A stretch of DNA of 64,000 nt from a virus. The notes beneath the pieces are model-generated. The model did not search any database. It worked only from the letters and a program-made list of their open reading frames with translations, and was not told where the DNA came from. Positions 18,356-27,562 of the stretch are shown in pieces. The stretch lies in the IMG/VR virus record IMGVR_UViG_3300029448_000014, positions 9,052-73,051 of that record, one strand, 5' to 3'. The position numbers and the translations under genes are program-made. Every line of letters begins with the position of its first letter. Within the stretch, counting starts at the first letter, position 1.

Positions 18356-18661
18356 TCAATGCTGGCTAAGTGAGATTCTGTCCAGCTTACTTTCGATCCT
18401 TATCATGTGAGCTTCTACCTTAGCTATGATTTCACTAAGATCTTTTTTGCTTACATATTGTTCTGCTAGTCGTAACTCTAGATTATCGACACGTCTATCA
18501 ATTTCAGACAGATGTTCTTTGGTAACGTACTTATCTACAATTCGTAATTCAATAGAATCAAGACGCCTATCAACATGATTGATGCGTCCATGGACTCTAT
18601 TAGTAAGTGCGCCGAGGCCTGTAATTATGCCAATGGCTCCAACAATTGTAGCTTCAAGCAT
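18356..18661 (-). CDS. membrane-anchored coiled-coil protein with internal 25-aa duplication
   Basis: N-terminal hydrophobic helix; DRRLDSIELRIVDKYVTK / DRRVDNLELRLAEQYVSK. Confidence 0.7.
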   Translation of the reverse strand: MLEATIVGAIGIITGLGALTNRVHGRINHVDRRLDSIELRIVDKYVTKEHLSEIDRRVDNLELRLAEQYVSKKDLSEIIAKVEAHMIRIESKLDRISLSQH

Positions 18662-18696
18662 TGTCCCATTAGTAAAACGTAGTTCCTTTCATTTTA

Positions 18697-18930
18697 TCAG
18701 TTATCTGCTGAGATACATTCAGCAAGTGACTCTTCAGCCCACTCAATAAATGCTGTACGTTTGAATTGATGATTGTCCTTGGATTCGACTATTGCGTTTT
18801 CTACAATTGCAACAATTAAATTGAATTCTTTGAAGCGTGGATTGTTAACACTGATGTTGTGATTTTGATAATGCTTGAGAGCATTAATCACATCACGCAT
18901 TTGTTCTGTTGTAAGTTTAATCATAGTCAC
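18697..18930 (-). CDS. hypothetical protein
   Basis: 77 aa ORF. Confidence 0.6.
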   Translation of the reverse strand: MTMIKLTTEQMRDVINALKHYQNHNISVNNPRFKEFNLIVAIVENAIVESKDNHQFKRTAFIEWAEESLAECISADN

Positions 18931-18983
18931 CTATATATTATTTAGGCATTACAGTAAGAATGTAAGCAATACCAAGAATAGTT

Positions 18984-19370
18984 GTGAAGACCTGCAGTAT
19001 ATGCAGGCAATCGTTGTCAGAAGATAAATTCCACAAGAGAACTTATAAGACTGGAAAGATTGGCCTGCAAGCAAAGTGTAAATCATGTTGCACTAAAGTG
19101 CGACGAGAAAAATACTACAAGCCTCATTCGTCTATAAGACTAAAGCTAAAGCTTAGTCAAAGTGAAGTAGATGAATTGCTAGCTCCAGGTAAATGTCAAT
19201 GTTGTGGCGCTAAAGATAGAAAACTATGCATAGACCACAATCACGACACTGAAAAACCTAGAGGCTTACTGTGTCACAACTGCAACACTGCTCTAGGTCT
19301 GTTAGGAGATAACGTTGAAACTATCCTATCGCTCAGCCGATACTTGGCGCAACGAGAGCCACTGGTGTAG
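18984..19370 (+). CDS. endonuclease VII-family free-standing homing endonuclease (F-CphI-like)
   Basis: CSIC..CKSC finger plus [22 protein letters not shown]; convergent with psbA and overlapping its 3' end. Confidence 0.85.
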   Translation: MKTCSICRQSLSEDKFHKRTYKTGKIGLQAKCKSCCTKVRREKYYKPHSSIRLKLKLSQSEVDELLAPGKCQCCGAKDRKLCIDHNHDTEKPRGLLCHNCNTALGLLGDNVETILSLSRYLAQREPLV

Positions 19371-20421
19371 TGGTTGCTGATGCCAAATCAAGAGGAAAGT
19401 TATGTGCATTTCTCTCATGAATCACTTCTAGCCCAAGACCAGCGCGATTAAGAATATCGCCCCAGGTGTTGACGACGTGACCCTGGCTGTCCTGAATGGA
19501 CTGGTTGAAATTGAAGCCATTTAGGTTGAAAGCCATTGTACTTACACCAAGTGCAGTAAACCAAATACCAACCACAGGCCAAGCAGCGAGGAAGAAGTGA
19601 AGGCTACGGCTGTTATTAAAGGAAGCGTACTGGAAGATAAGCCTACCAAAATAACCGTGAGCAGCGACAATATTATAAGTCTCTTCTTCTTGGCCAAATT
19701 TATATCCATTGTTATGACTTTCGTTTTCAGTTGTCTCACGAACAAGTGAGCTTGTAACAAGACTTCCGTGCATAGCACTAAAAAGAGAACCACCAAAGAT
19801 GCCTGCGACACCCAGCATATGAAACGGGTGCATAAGGATATTATGTTCTGCTTGGAATACCAACATATAGTTGAATGTTCCGCTGATTCCGAGTGGCATT
19901 GCATCGGAGAATGAGCCTTGTCCAAAGGGATATACCAGAAAAACTGCAGAGGCTGCGGCAACTGGTGCGCTATATGCAACCATGATCCAGGGGCGCATAC
20001 CTAAACGATAACTAAGTTCCCATTCGCGTCCCATATAGCAAAAGATGCCAATAAGGAAGTGAAAGATGACTAATTGGAATGGGCCTCCGTTGTAAAGCCA
20101 TTCATCAAGGGAAGCAGCTTCCCAAATTGGATAAAAGTGTAGACCGATTGCATTACTGCTAGGCACAACAGCACCAGAGATGATGTTGTTGCCATACATT
20201 AGTGATCCGGCAACAGGTTCACGGATGCCATCGATGTCCACAGGAGGAGCAGCGATAAAGGCGACGATGAAACATGTTGTAGCAGCAAGCAGTGTAGGGA
20301 TCATCAAGACTCCAAACCAACCGACATAGAGGCGATTGTTGGTGCTTGTTACCCAGTCAGTGAAAGAATCCCAAGTATCTTTAAGCGGATTAGACTTGGG
20401 AAATAGTGTTGTAGTAGACAT
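19333..20421 (-). CDS. psbA: photosystem II D1 protein
   Basis: Full-length D1: [41 protein letters not shown]. Confidence 0.99.
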   Translation of the reverse strand: MSTTTLFPKSNPLKDTWDSFTDWVTSTNNRLYVGWFGVLMIPTLLAATTCFIVAFIAAPPVDIDGIREPVAGSLMYGNNIISGAVVPSSNAIGLHFYPIWEAASLDEWLYNGGPFQLVIFHFLIGIFCYMGREWELSYRLGMRPWIMVAYSAPVAAASAVFLVYPFGQGSFSDAMPLGISGTFNYMLVFQAEHNILMHPFHMLGVAGIFGGSLFSAMHGSLVTSSLVRETTENESHNNGYKFGQEEETYNIVAAHGYFGRLIFQYASFNNSRSLHFFLAAWPVVGIWFTALGVSTMAFNLNGFNFNQSIQDSQGHVVNTWGDILNRAGLGLEVIHERNAHNFPLDLASATTTPVALVAPSIG

Positions 20422-20523
20422 TAAAATAAGACATTGTTTGTGTATTAAAGGTAAGTACTCGGCACGAAAGCCTACGCAACAATTCTACACTTTAATGTGT
20501 GAATATGGTGACAGTAGTTATAC

Positions 20524-20766
20524 TTAGTCGTCAAAGAAAGTTTCAGCAAATGATGAAGCCTTTAGGTCGTCGAAGTCTGTAGGAATATAACGAGATAGAC
20601 GATTAACAGGAGAAATACTAACTTGATGTAATCGAGCATCTGTTTGTAGACCATTAAGTTGACGGCGTTCGCTCATCGTATGTGGATGCCTAAGTCCAGT
20701 ACTGGACTCAGGATTGTGGCGATAAGTTCTAGACATAATTAACTCCATTTCGTATAACAGGAGCAT
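20524..20766 (-). CDS. hypothetical protein (likely start MSRTYRH)
   Basis: MSRTYR...RHPHTMSERR basic N-terminus typical of small phage proteins. Confidence 0.6.
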   Translation of the reverse strand: MLLLYEMELIMSRTYRHNPESSTGLRHPHTMSERRQLNGLQTDARLHQVSISPVNRLSRYIPTDFDDLKASSFAETFFDD

Positions 20767-20836
20767 GGGATCTGCTCCCGCTTATTTACAGTTTATGTTG
20801 AAAAGCTAACGGTTGTGGTTGTCAGAAGAGGTGGAA

Positions 20837-21178
20837 TTAAAGGTAAGTAATTCTTACGTAATCTACACCAGGTCCAGTTAATCCAATTGCCTCAGCAGCA
20901 CCACGAGATAAGTCGAGCTCACGAGCCCCAATGTACGGACCACGGTCGTTAATTCGGACGTTGACACATCCTTGATAACAGACCTTTAGTCGCGTTCCGA
21001 AAGGGAGCGTCTTATGTGCTCCGGTAAATCCCATTTGGTCATACACTTCTCCGTTAGCGGTGAGGCGACCGTGAAAGCCTGGTCCATACCAACTGGTGAG
21101 CATAGAGCCACCAGCGGATACGGATGTAGACAGAGTTAATAGAAGAGCACTAGAAGTGCAAAGAATTTTAGATAACAT
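20837..21178 (-). CDS. rlpA: RlpA-like lytic transglycosylase (DPBB) with signal peptide
   Basis: SWYGPGFHGRLTANGE, AHKTLPFGT, VRINDRGPY, LDLSRGAA. Confidence 0.92.
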   Translation of the reverse strand: MLSKILCTSSALLLTLSTSVSAGGSMLTSWYGPGFHGRLTANGEVYDQMGFTGAHKTLPFGTRLKVCYQGCVNVRINDRGPYIGARELDLSRGAAEAIGLTGPGVDYVRITYL

Positions 21179-21253
21179 AGGTTACTCATATTATTTTCTA
21201 AACTTAAGTTAGCAAATAGGGAACACATTTACGTGCTCCCAATTGTATAACTA

Positions 21254-22225
21254 TCACGCAGTGACTAAGTCACGTGCAACAGCAAAAGCACGCTTGCTAA
21301 TCTGTGCTCCAGCACCGAAAGTGCCACGTGCAAACTGAGCGCGACCCTTGGCAGCTGTAGTGCCACGAGTGCTTGTTTCTACCTGGGTGATGGCATTAAT
21401 ACCATTCCAGAGACTATCTGGTGCGTAAGCAATAGCGCCGTAGCCTTGTTGAAAGGCACGCTCAAGCGCTTGACGTTTACGGAAGACTTGACCTTCGTCA
21501 ATATTGTAAACCTCGTCAAGAAATTCGTTGAATTGATTGAGGTTCATAGCTTCACGAGAAAACTCACGCATCAAGTCACACTCAGTCACAAAGTCTTGAC
21601 GTGCTACATCAATACTCTCAATAAGAGCATCAAAGTTGTTGTTAGCACCATTCTTGTGAGTGATGCTGGAGTGCGCACCGCTCTCACCAAGTGCTGCAGT
21701 CAGTGTGTTCTGACAGACAACACGGATGTTGGTGAACTTTGCGCCACAGCCAGTCTTGCCGTCGTGTCCTAAGTAACCGACGATGCGACGTTTTACTGTG
21801 TCACCAGGGACGATGTCCGTCTCCGCACCACGGAGTGTGGCGGTAAAGCAGACTTTGGCACCATCCGATAAAACGATGACGCAGTCCATGTCTGCCTCTT
21901 CGCGGATGAACTCAGCCATCCGAAGGAGCGAATCGTTTTGGACGATTTCGTATTGCTTGGAGACGATACCGAGCAAAGCTTGGGTGTCAGTGCGGACAAC
22001 TCCGAATGTACCTGTTGGACGAAACTCGTCGGAAGGGAATTCGTCTTCGTTGTAGGCAGCTGAGACAGTGATTGGTAGTTGAAGCTCTCGCTTCTCGACA
22101 GTAAAGAGTGCGTCTGCAGTTTCAAACGCTTCTCGCGCCGGAAGTGTGCCTGTTGTGACGACACCCATGCCGTGCCAAGCCTGTTCCGAGTTGCCGAGCC
22201 AGCCAGATGTGAAGTTTGAGGACAT
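21254..22225 (-). CDS. DUF932 / TIGR03299-like phage protein
   Basis: AWHGMG, VRTDT..LGIVSKQYEIVQN, HDG, IRVVCQNTL, LWNGINAIT. Confidence 0.85.
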   Translation of the reverse strand: MSSNFTSGWLGNSEQAWHGMGVVTTGTLPAREAFETADALFTVEKRELQLPITVSAAYNEDEFPSDEFRPTGTFGVVRTDTQALLGIVSKQYEIVQNDSLLRMAEFIREEADMDCVIVLSDGAKVCFTATLRGAETDIVPGDTVKRRIVGYLGHDGKTGCGAKFTNIRVVCQNTLTAALGESGAHSSITHKNGANNNFDALIESIDVARQDFVTECDLMREFSREAMNLNQFNEFLDEVYNIDEGQVFRKRQALERAFQQGYGAIAYAPDSLWNGINAITQVETSTRGTTAAKGRAQFARGTFGAGAQISKRAFAVARDLVTA

Positions 22226-22262
22226 AGGATTAGATCCATATATACGATTTACCCCGATTGGG

Positions 22263-22295
22263 GCACATAAAAAAAGAGCAGCCGTTAGGCCGCCC
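22263..22295 (-). terminator. intrinsic terminator-like hairpin with UAAC loop
   Basis: GCGGCC-UAAC-GGCUGC followed by U7 on the minus strand. Confidence 0.6.
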
Positions 22296-22354
22296 TTATT
22301 ATGTTGATTTCAGACTTACTTGTATCAATGAAATATCAAAATGTTCAGACATAT

Positions 22355-22744
22355 TTATTCATTAACACAGATAGGGGTGTATTTTGATGCTTTATCGGAT
22401 ACTTCCCAGGTTCCGTTATATGCCCCAACTCGACAGGCAGTTTGGTGCTTACAGCAGAAGCAGCCGTGTCCGTAACATTCTTTAGATAAGCGCTTATCTT
22501 TTGCAATGCCCTTTATTTGAAATAAAGAACTTATGTACCCACAGCAAAGAGAATGCTTTTGAACATAGGAACGCATCGCTTCATACATGACTTCTGACAT
22601 AGTCACACCAAAAGCATTGGCATAGTCTTTGAGCATACTGTGACATTGGTCAGGCATTTGAACTTGCAGTTTTTTCAAGTCATTTCCAAAAAGGTATAGT
22701 CGGATTCTAATTACATTGATAAGTAAATTTGCGCAGTAAGACAC
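22355..22744 (-). CDS. ribbon-helix-helix protein with Cys-rich C-terminal domain (true start probably ~22678)
   Basis: KKLQVQMPDQCHSMLKDYANAFGVTMSEVMYEAM RHH pattern; CCG, CYGHGCFCCKH, CRVG. Confidence 0.65.
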   Translation of the reverse strand: MSYCANLLINVIRIRLYLFGNDLKKLQVQMPDQCHSMLKDYANAFGVTMSEVMYEAMRSYVQKHSLCCGYISSLFQIKGIAKDKRLSKECYGHGCFCCKHQTACRVGAYNGTWEVSDKASKYTPICVNE

Positions 22745-22774
22745 CGAATGGAAACATTTAAGTTACCTTAAGTT

Positions 22775-22933
22775 TTAATGTGAATCAATTTCTACATTTT
22801 GCTGTAAATACATTTCAATAGCATTTGCCATGACATCGTTCATTGTGACATTGATTTGAGCTGCATGAATTTTTAATTTCAAGTGAGTTTCCGTGTCTAG
22901 AAGAACCGTAACTCGTTTTTTAGGCGACATCAT
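22775..22933 (-). CDS. ribbon-helix-helix (CopG/ParG-like) protein, 52 aa
   Basis: Translated manually: MMSPKKRVTVLLDTETHLKLKIHAAQINVTMNDVMANAIEMYL... Confidence 0.75.
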   Translation of the reverse strand: MMSPKKRVTVLLDTETHLKLKIHAAQINVTMNDVMANAIEMYLQQNVEIDSH

Positions 22934-22983
22934 GAGATTCATGTGCCCACACTATAGGGGATTTGCTTAACAAAACTACAGAT

Positions 22984-23197
22984 CACTGTAAAAATGTTTT
23001 TACAGTGCGTTTTTGCCACGTTACTGCTGTGGTTTCTAGATCCATTGCAATGACTGCAATTCAGGCAATAATTTAGGCAAAAACCACGTTTGCCACATTC
23101 GATTCTCTATATACTTCTTTTTTAATACATAGTCCTTTCTATAGACTATTTATTTTGCAGTTTATAGTAAGTAGTGCAGCAAGCGTGGTTTTGTAGT
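22984..23197. promoter_or_regulatory. origin-like element A (inverted CCAC iterons around an AT-rich core)
   Basis: 11-bp perfect IR at 22984-23007; AAAACCACGTTTGCCACA vs TGCAGCAAGCGTGGTTTT imperfect IR; AT-rich centre. Confidence 0.5.
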
Positions 23198-23208
23198 TTA
23201 GATGGAAA

Positions 23209-23757
23209 TTAAGTCCTATTGCTAGGGACAAGCATATTGCCAAGATTTAATTTATAATTATCAGCAAAGGATTGCGCCTCTTTGTTTTTGTCAGGCTTAT
23301 TTATATATGACTTTCTATTTTCTTGTAAATTAGAACCATACTGCTGATCAAAGTTATCTTTTACTGATTCATCGCCAAAAATATAATTACCTTTGTAGGG
23401 AAGAACTTTTCTTTCATAGGCATCTGTATAAGCATTAGCCTCTGCTGCCCGTTCAGATAGCTTGACAGGTAATTCAGGTTCAGGTTCAGGTGTAGGTTTA
23501 GGAGCTACAGGTTCAGGAGCTGGCGGAGCAGGAGCAGGGGGGGCTGCCTGATAAATAGGCATGTCAAATGTTCTTTCTTGGTTAGCGGATCGTTTCCATC
23601 CATCGATACGGATCGGCTCGTAGCCAGTAAGGTTACGTCCTTCTGCTTTTGCCTTTTTATCCGCTTCAGACTTTTGCCGACTTAAGTCTTGTAAAATTAC
23701 ATGTAAATCTCTCCCAGTGTTCTCTTTGCTACCATCTGCGTAATAAAGAGTTGCCAT
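23209..23757 (-). CDS. hypothetical protein, paralogue A (Pro-rich linker)
   Basis: Shares PELPVKLSERAAxANAYTDAYERKVLPYKGNYIFGDESV with the next ORF. Confidence 0.8.
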   Translation of the reverse strand: MATLYYADGSKENTGRDLHVILQDLSRQKSEADKKAKAEGRNLTGYEPIRIDGWKRSANQERTFDMPIYQAAPPAPAPPAPEPVAPKPTPEPEPELPVKLSERAAEANAYTDAYERKVLPYKGNYIFGDESVKDNFDQQYGSNLQENRKSYINKPDKNKEAQSFADNYKLNLGNMLVPSNRT

Positions 23758-23809
23758 CAGCTTATCCTGCTAATAAAAAGTGTAGATTAATCTTACTTCC
23801 TATTTTAAC

Positions 23810-24388
23810 TTAGTATTCACCAAGTTTAAGAGAGTAATCAAGCTTTTCCCTATCGTTAGCTTTAATTTCTTTAGCTTTATCGTCAAGAATGTTTGGATTC
23901 TTTGTTTTTAGTTCGTTTGTAAGGTTAGTTTGGTATTGATTCTTAAAATTCTGCTCAACTGATTCATCACCAAAAATATAATTACCTTTATATGGAAGAA
24001 CCTTTCTTTCATATGCATCTGTATAAGCATTAGCATCAGCTGCTCGTTCGGATAGTTTGACAGGTAATTCAGGTTTAGGTTCAGGCGTAGGTTCTGGAGT
24101 AGGTGCTGGTTCAGGGGCTGGAGTAGAAGCAGGTTCAGGTTGTGGGATTTTATAAATAGGAATAACTTCATCGTAGTCATTGTCATCTATTCCGCCTGAG
24201 CCCCAATCGTCGAATGTAAATGCAGGTTTAGCACCACCGTGTGGCTGGTATAGTGTATATTGTTCTGGATTTTTTTGAGCAGCAGTTATATGTTTCAAGT
24301 CTTCTGTTCGGCCATACTTAGCGTCATGCTTCGCGTGCGTTGTACGTGTTCCCCATTGATAGTCATTAATGCCAAAAAGGTCAGCCAT
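23810..24388 (-). CDS. hypothetical protein, paralogue B (Pro-rich linker)
   Basis: Same shared segment; duplicated upstream region. Confidence 0.8.
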   Translation of the reverse strand: MADLFGINDYQWGTRTTHAKHDAKYGRTEDLKHITAAQKNPEQYTLYQPHGGAKPAFTFDDWGSGGIDDNDYDEVIPIYKIPQPEPASTPAPEPAPTPEPTPEPKPELPVKLSERAADANAYTDAYERKVLPYKGNYIFGDESVEQNFKNQYQTNLTNELKTKNPNILDDKAKEIKANDREKLDYSLKLGEY

Positions 24389-24464
24389 AGTATTTCACTT
24401 TGCTAGTAAAAAGTGTAGATTAATCCCAATTCCTATATTAACTTAGTATTTAAGCAAAGTGATA

Positions 24465-24535
24465 CGAGACATACCAGATTCGAACTGGTACAAACTGCGA
24501 ATAGGCAGTCGTGATAGCCATTTCACTAATGTCCC
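24465..24535 (-). tRNA. atypical tRNA with 6-nt anticodon loop (CUAUUC); identity uncertain, possibly Asn-derived
   Basis: Acceptor GGGACAT/ATGTCTC, D arm GTGA/TCAC with TGG, anticodon stem ACTGC/GCAGT, T arm ACCAG-TTCGAAT-CTGGT, G discriminator, no encoded CCA. Confidence 0.75.
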
Positions 24536-24538
24536 AAT

Positions 24539-24591
24539 AAGAAATGGGGAGGAATTGCACCTCCCCTAGTTTCAGCTATCTGTCATCTCTT
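24539..24591 (-). ncRNA. mini tRNA-like element (acceptor stem plus T-arm-like hairpin)
   Basis: AAGAGAT...ATTTCTT pairing around GGGGAGG-TGCAATT-CCTCCCC; ends 3 nt before the tRNA. Confidence 0.45.
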
Positions 24592-24808
24592 AGTTAAGGT
24601 GACTTTCTAAAGTTTGCAAAATATCGCGCATGGTTGCACGTGCAAAGCCATTAGCACCTATAACAGATTCTGTTGGTTCAGTTTTAGTATGGTAAAGCTC
24701 ATATTTCGTTAAAAAACGAGCTTTTTCACAGTATGTTGCTGATTCATCTAGCTGCATGATGAGTTTCTCAACAAGTGGTCGAGAGATACGAATCATCTCT
24801 GGTTCCAT
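24590..24808 (-). CDS. hypothetical protein
   Basis: 72 aa ORF downstream of a hairpin repeat. Confidence 0.65.
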   Translation of the reverse strand: MEPEMIRISRPLVEKLIMQLDESATYCEKARFLTKYELYHTKTEPTESVIGANGFARATMRDILQTLESHLN

Positions 24809-25101
24809 GGCTGTTACCTGATGTTGGACACAAATATCGAACCCCGGCGTTAGCCGGGTAAAGCTACTAAATTTGTGTACTTAATCAATGGAAAATTAAT
24901 GAGGCAGTGATACAGCCTACAGAAAAGCCTGAAAATAAGCTCAACACAATTGTAGTACTCATTAAATCAATAGCTGCTATTTATTTAATTTAGCGTTGAT
25001 TTTTGCCGCTTTCTTAAGTATTTTCTGCCCTGTTTTGCGATCAACACAGTGGGCAGCTAAATTCATTACTTTAATTAATTTTGCGTATTGTTTGGAGTAA
25101 T

Positions 25102-25626
25102 TCATAGACCATAAGCATAGGTTAATTCGGGGTGTTTATCCCAATATTCGTTGTTAGTATTCAGTTGAATAGTATCAACACCCTGTAGTTCAGCACCACG
25201 GATATTGGCTGGTGAATCATCAAACAATGTACCGACCATGCGGTATTTCTGTTGCAAGTATTGAATCATTGCCTGCTTAACAACACTAGAGGTTTCACCT
25301 TCGGTACTAAGTAAGAGTACGTCAAAGGGTATGTTGTTTCGCTGTAGCCATTCAAAGGTTTCAGGTAAACGACTTGAAGGCCTTGCAGTTGCAATAGCAA
25401 TGGCGTCACCAAAGCTGTGCAGCATTTGAACTAACTCAACCATAACGTTATTTGCTGGAAAATTACGCGAGGCATCAAAGAACAAGTCTTTAGTCATGCC
25501 AGCGTTGTTAAATCCAGCAGGTTTACAAGTAAGAGTGTCATCAACATCAATTACGTGCACGACTTGATCCTTAGAGGGATCAGTCATTGAAAGTCCTGTG
25601 AACAGGTCGCTTCCGATTGTATTCAT
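25102..25626 (-). CDS. HAD-family phosphatase (resembles the polynucleotide kinase 3'-phosphatase domain)
   Basis: IDVDDTL, ATAR, conserved K, FDDSPANI. Confidence 0.85.
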   Translation of the reverse strand: MNTIGSDLFTGLSMTDPSKDQVVHVIDVDDTLTCKPAGFNNAGMTKDLFFDASRNFPANNVMVELVQMLHSFGDAIAIATARPSSRLPETFEWLQRNNIPFDVLLLSTEGETSSVVKQAMIQYLQQKYRMVGTLFDDSPANIRGAELQGVDTIQLNTNNEYWDKHPELTYAYGL

Positions 25627-25819
25627 AAATAAATTTCAAAGTTCATTGAGATTAACAGCCGGAGTTATTCGGCATTGACTGTTCTTAGACGACATAAATG
25701 CCTTTGCTTACTAATAAGCAAGCGTCTTAATTTGTTTTAGTTAGTTATACAAACTATCTAAAATAAAGAGGTAAGTAAGTAATACCTAGATGAATAAATA
25801 GTCATAGGTATGTGTATGG

Positions 25820-26983
25820 GTGCAGATCAATCCTGGGTATAGAAGTAATTTGTCCAATAGGGAAATTGCTCGTATCAATACGTTATCTCCAACAAAAAGG
25901 GCTCAGATTCGGCATAGTTTGCAATATTCAAACAATGATGCGCTTGATGATTTATTGCGTAATTACGCTGGTGGAACAGATGATCCTGTGATTCAATTAT
26001 TGTTAGATCAAGAATTTAAGGACGCAATAGTTCACGGTGCTTCTGGTGAAGGATATAGGTATCAAGATACTAAGCCTGGAACAAGAGGCGAAGGTAATGG
26101 TAAATATCTATTGATGGCCGATAAACCTACGGATTACGGTCCTGAAGAGCAGGCTGCATTAGAAATTCTTGCATTAAGAAAAGAACTTGACTATGTACAG
26201 GGTGGAAGGATTGATCCTATTGACCCTGAAAGCGCCTTATACCAAATGATTGCTCGTCACAATGCTGCTAACATTAGGCCTACTTCAATTAAAGCAATAG
26301 GTGAAGGAGGCATTGATAAAGACAGAAGAATGCATCCTGATTTGCCACCTCAAACTCTTGCAAATGCTACTGTTGCAACTAATAACCAATTAATAGACAA
26401 TTTACTGGGTAACGAAAGGTACGAACAATCAATTACCGATGTAGATAAAAATGGTATTAGAAGCGGTATTCCAGTAGAGCATAAACTTTCATTTGATGGT
26501 CATGAAGCTTTAGGCAGGGAGCCAAGTAACAGAATGCTGGGAAGTACAGTTAAAAACAGTGTACTTAGATCAGAAGGTGATCCATACCGCCAGCAAATAT
26601 TGTTACTTAGAAAAGCTGCAGAACTTGAAGACGCTTTTAGATTAAATCATGGTAGAGATGTAAGGGAATATATGGTTGATAATGATTGGGATTATAAGCC
26701 TTATCAAACAGTTATGCCAAAGCTTGAGGATTTCGGTACAGTAGATAAAGGCGCAAGAAAGTTAACTTCTGACAAATCTATTATGAAATCCCCATTACGA
26801 ATGGCAGGTACTCGACCTGAAATGGTAAGACTTGCTTCTGGCAAACGTTACGAAAGCCCTGGAGAAAGTAAGGAGCGTGGCCTCTATGTGGATAGTGGCG
26901 GTGGTGATGTAACCATTGGAGAAGGCGCTCTTCGAAGCAATGGTAATGGCAACGGTAAGCGTAAGAATGGCAATGGCCACTAA
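25820..26983 (+). CDS. hypothetical protein, possible HNH-like motif
   Basis: 387 aa ORF; VEHKLSF...SNRMLGSTVKN; contains RMAG; NG-repeat tail. Confidence 0.7.
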   Translation: MQINPGYRSNLSNREIARINTLSPTKRAQIRHSLQYSNNDALDDLLRNYAGGTDDPVIQLLLDQEFKDAIVHGASGEGYRYQDTKPGTRGEGNGKYLLMADKPTDYGPEEQAALEILALRKELDYVQGGRIDPIDPESALYQMIARHNAANIRPTSIKAIGEGGIDKDRRMHPDLPPQTLANATVATNNQLIDNLLGNERYEQSITDVDKNGIRSGIPVEHKLSFDGHEALGREPSNRMLGSTVKNSVLRSEGDPYRQQILLLRKAAELEDAFRLNHGRDVREYMVDNDWDYKPYQTVMPKLEDFGTVDKGARKLTSDKSIMKSPLRMAGTRPEMVRLASGKRYESPGESKERGLYVDSGGGDVTIGEGALRSNGNGNGKRKNGNGH

Positions 26984-27007
26984 AGGCAAGGCTGTTTAAA
27001 TAAAAGT

Positions 27008-27035
27008 AAAAAAGCCTCCGGTGTTAACCGGAGGT
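27008..27035 (-). terminator. terminator-like member of the hairpin family
   Basis: CCTCCGGT-TAAC-ACCGGAGG plus U-tract between convergent genes. Confidence 0.65.
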
Positions 27036-27041
27036 GCAGGA

Positions 27042-27494
27042 TCAGAAGACGGGAGATTCGTCAATTACAGCTTCTGCTGGTTGAGCGTCTGCTGGTCGTA
27101 CAACAACGCCAGTCTTACGTACAGCATTCTCAACTTTGTCCTTAGGCATAGCACCTAAGCCACCAGTTGGGACTTGAACGTCAAGCATCTCAATTGTAGG
27201 ACGCTTAAGCATTACAACTTCACCTTGTGAGTTAGTGTATGTTTCTGCAATGGACTTGATATGTCCAGTGAGAGTAATCATACGACCTACAGGGAGTTTG
27301 CCATTGTTGTACAAGGCAAGCAAACCGTTGCTATTCAAGAACTTGATGTTTGCGCCTTCGTCATCATTCATAAAATTCGTGATGACAGTGACGGCGATAA
27401 ACTCTCCGTTCCGTCCATTCACCAAGTCAATGTTGCTAATGCGGCCATTGACGGTGAAAGTGTTAAATGCAGCGTAAGTTTTGTAGTCTGTCAA
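27042..27494 (-). CDS. SSB-like OB-fold protein
   Basis: FTVNGRI...VGRMITLTGHI; C-terminal DESPVF tail. Confidence 0.6.
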   Translation of the reverse strand: MTDYKTYAAFNTFTVNGRISNIDLVNGRNGEFIAVTVITNFMNDDEGANIKFLNSNGLLALYNNGKLPVGRMITLTGHIKSIAETYTNSQGEVVMLKRPTIEMLDVQVPTGGLGAMPKDKVENAVRKTGVVVRPADAQPAEAVIDESPVF

Positions 27495-27562
27495 GGTTGT
27501 TACCTGTTAGTTGGACATGAAAAAACACAACCGGTGTTAACCGGAAGTGTTGGGTTAGGGAT

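Noticed and set aside
19333-20421. Group I intron in psbA
   Set aside because: The ORF is continuous and full length
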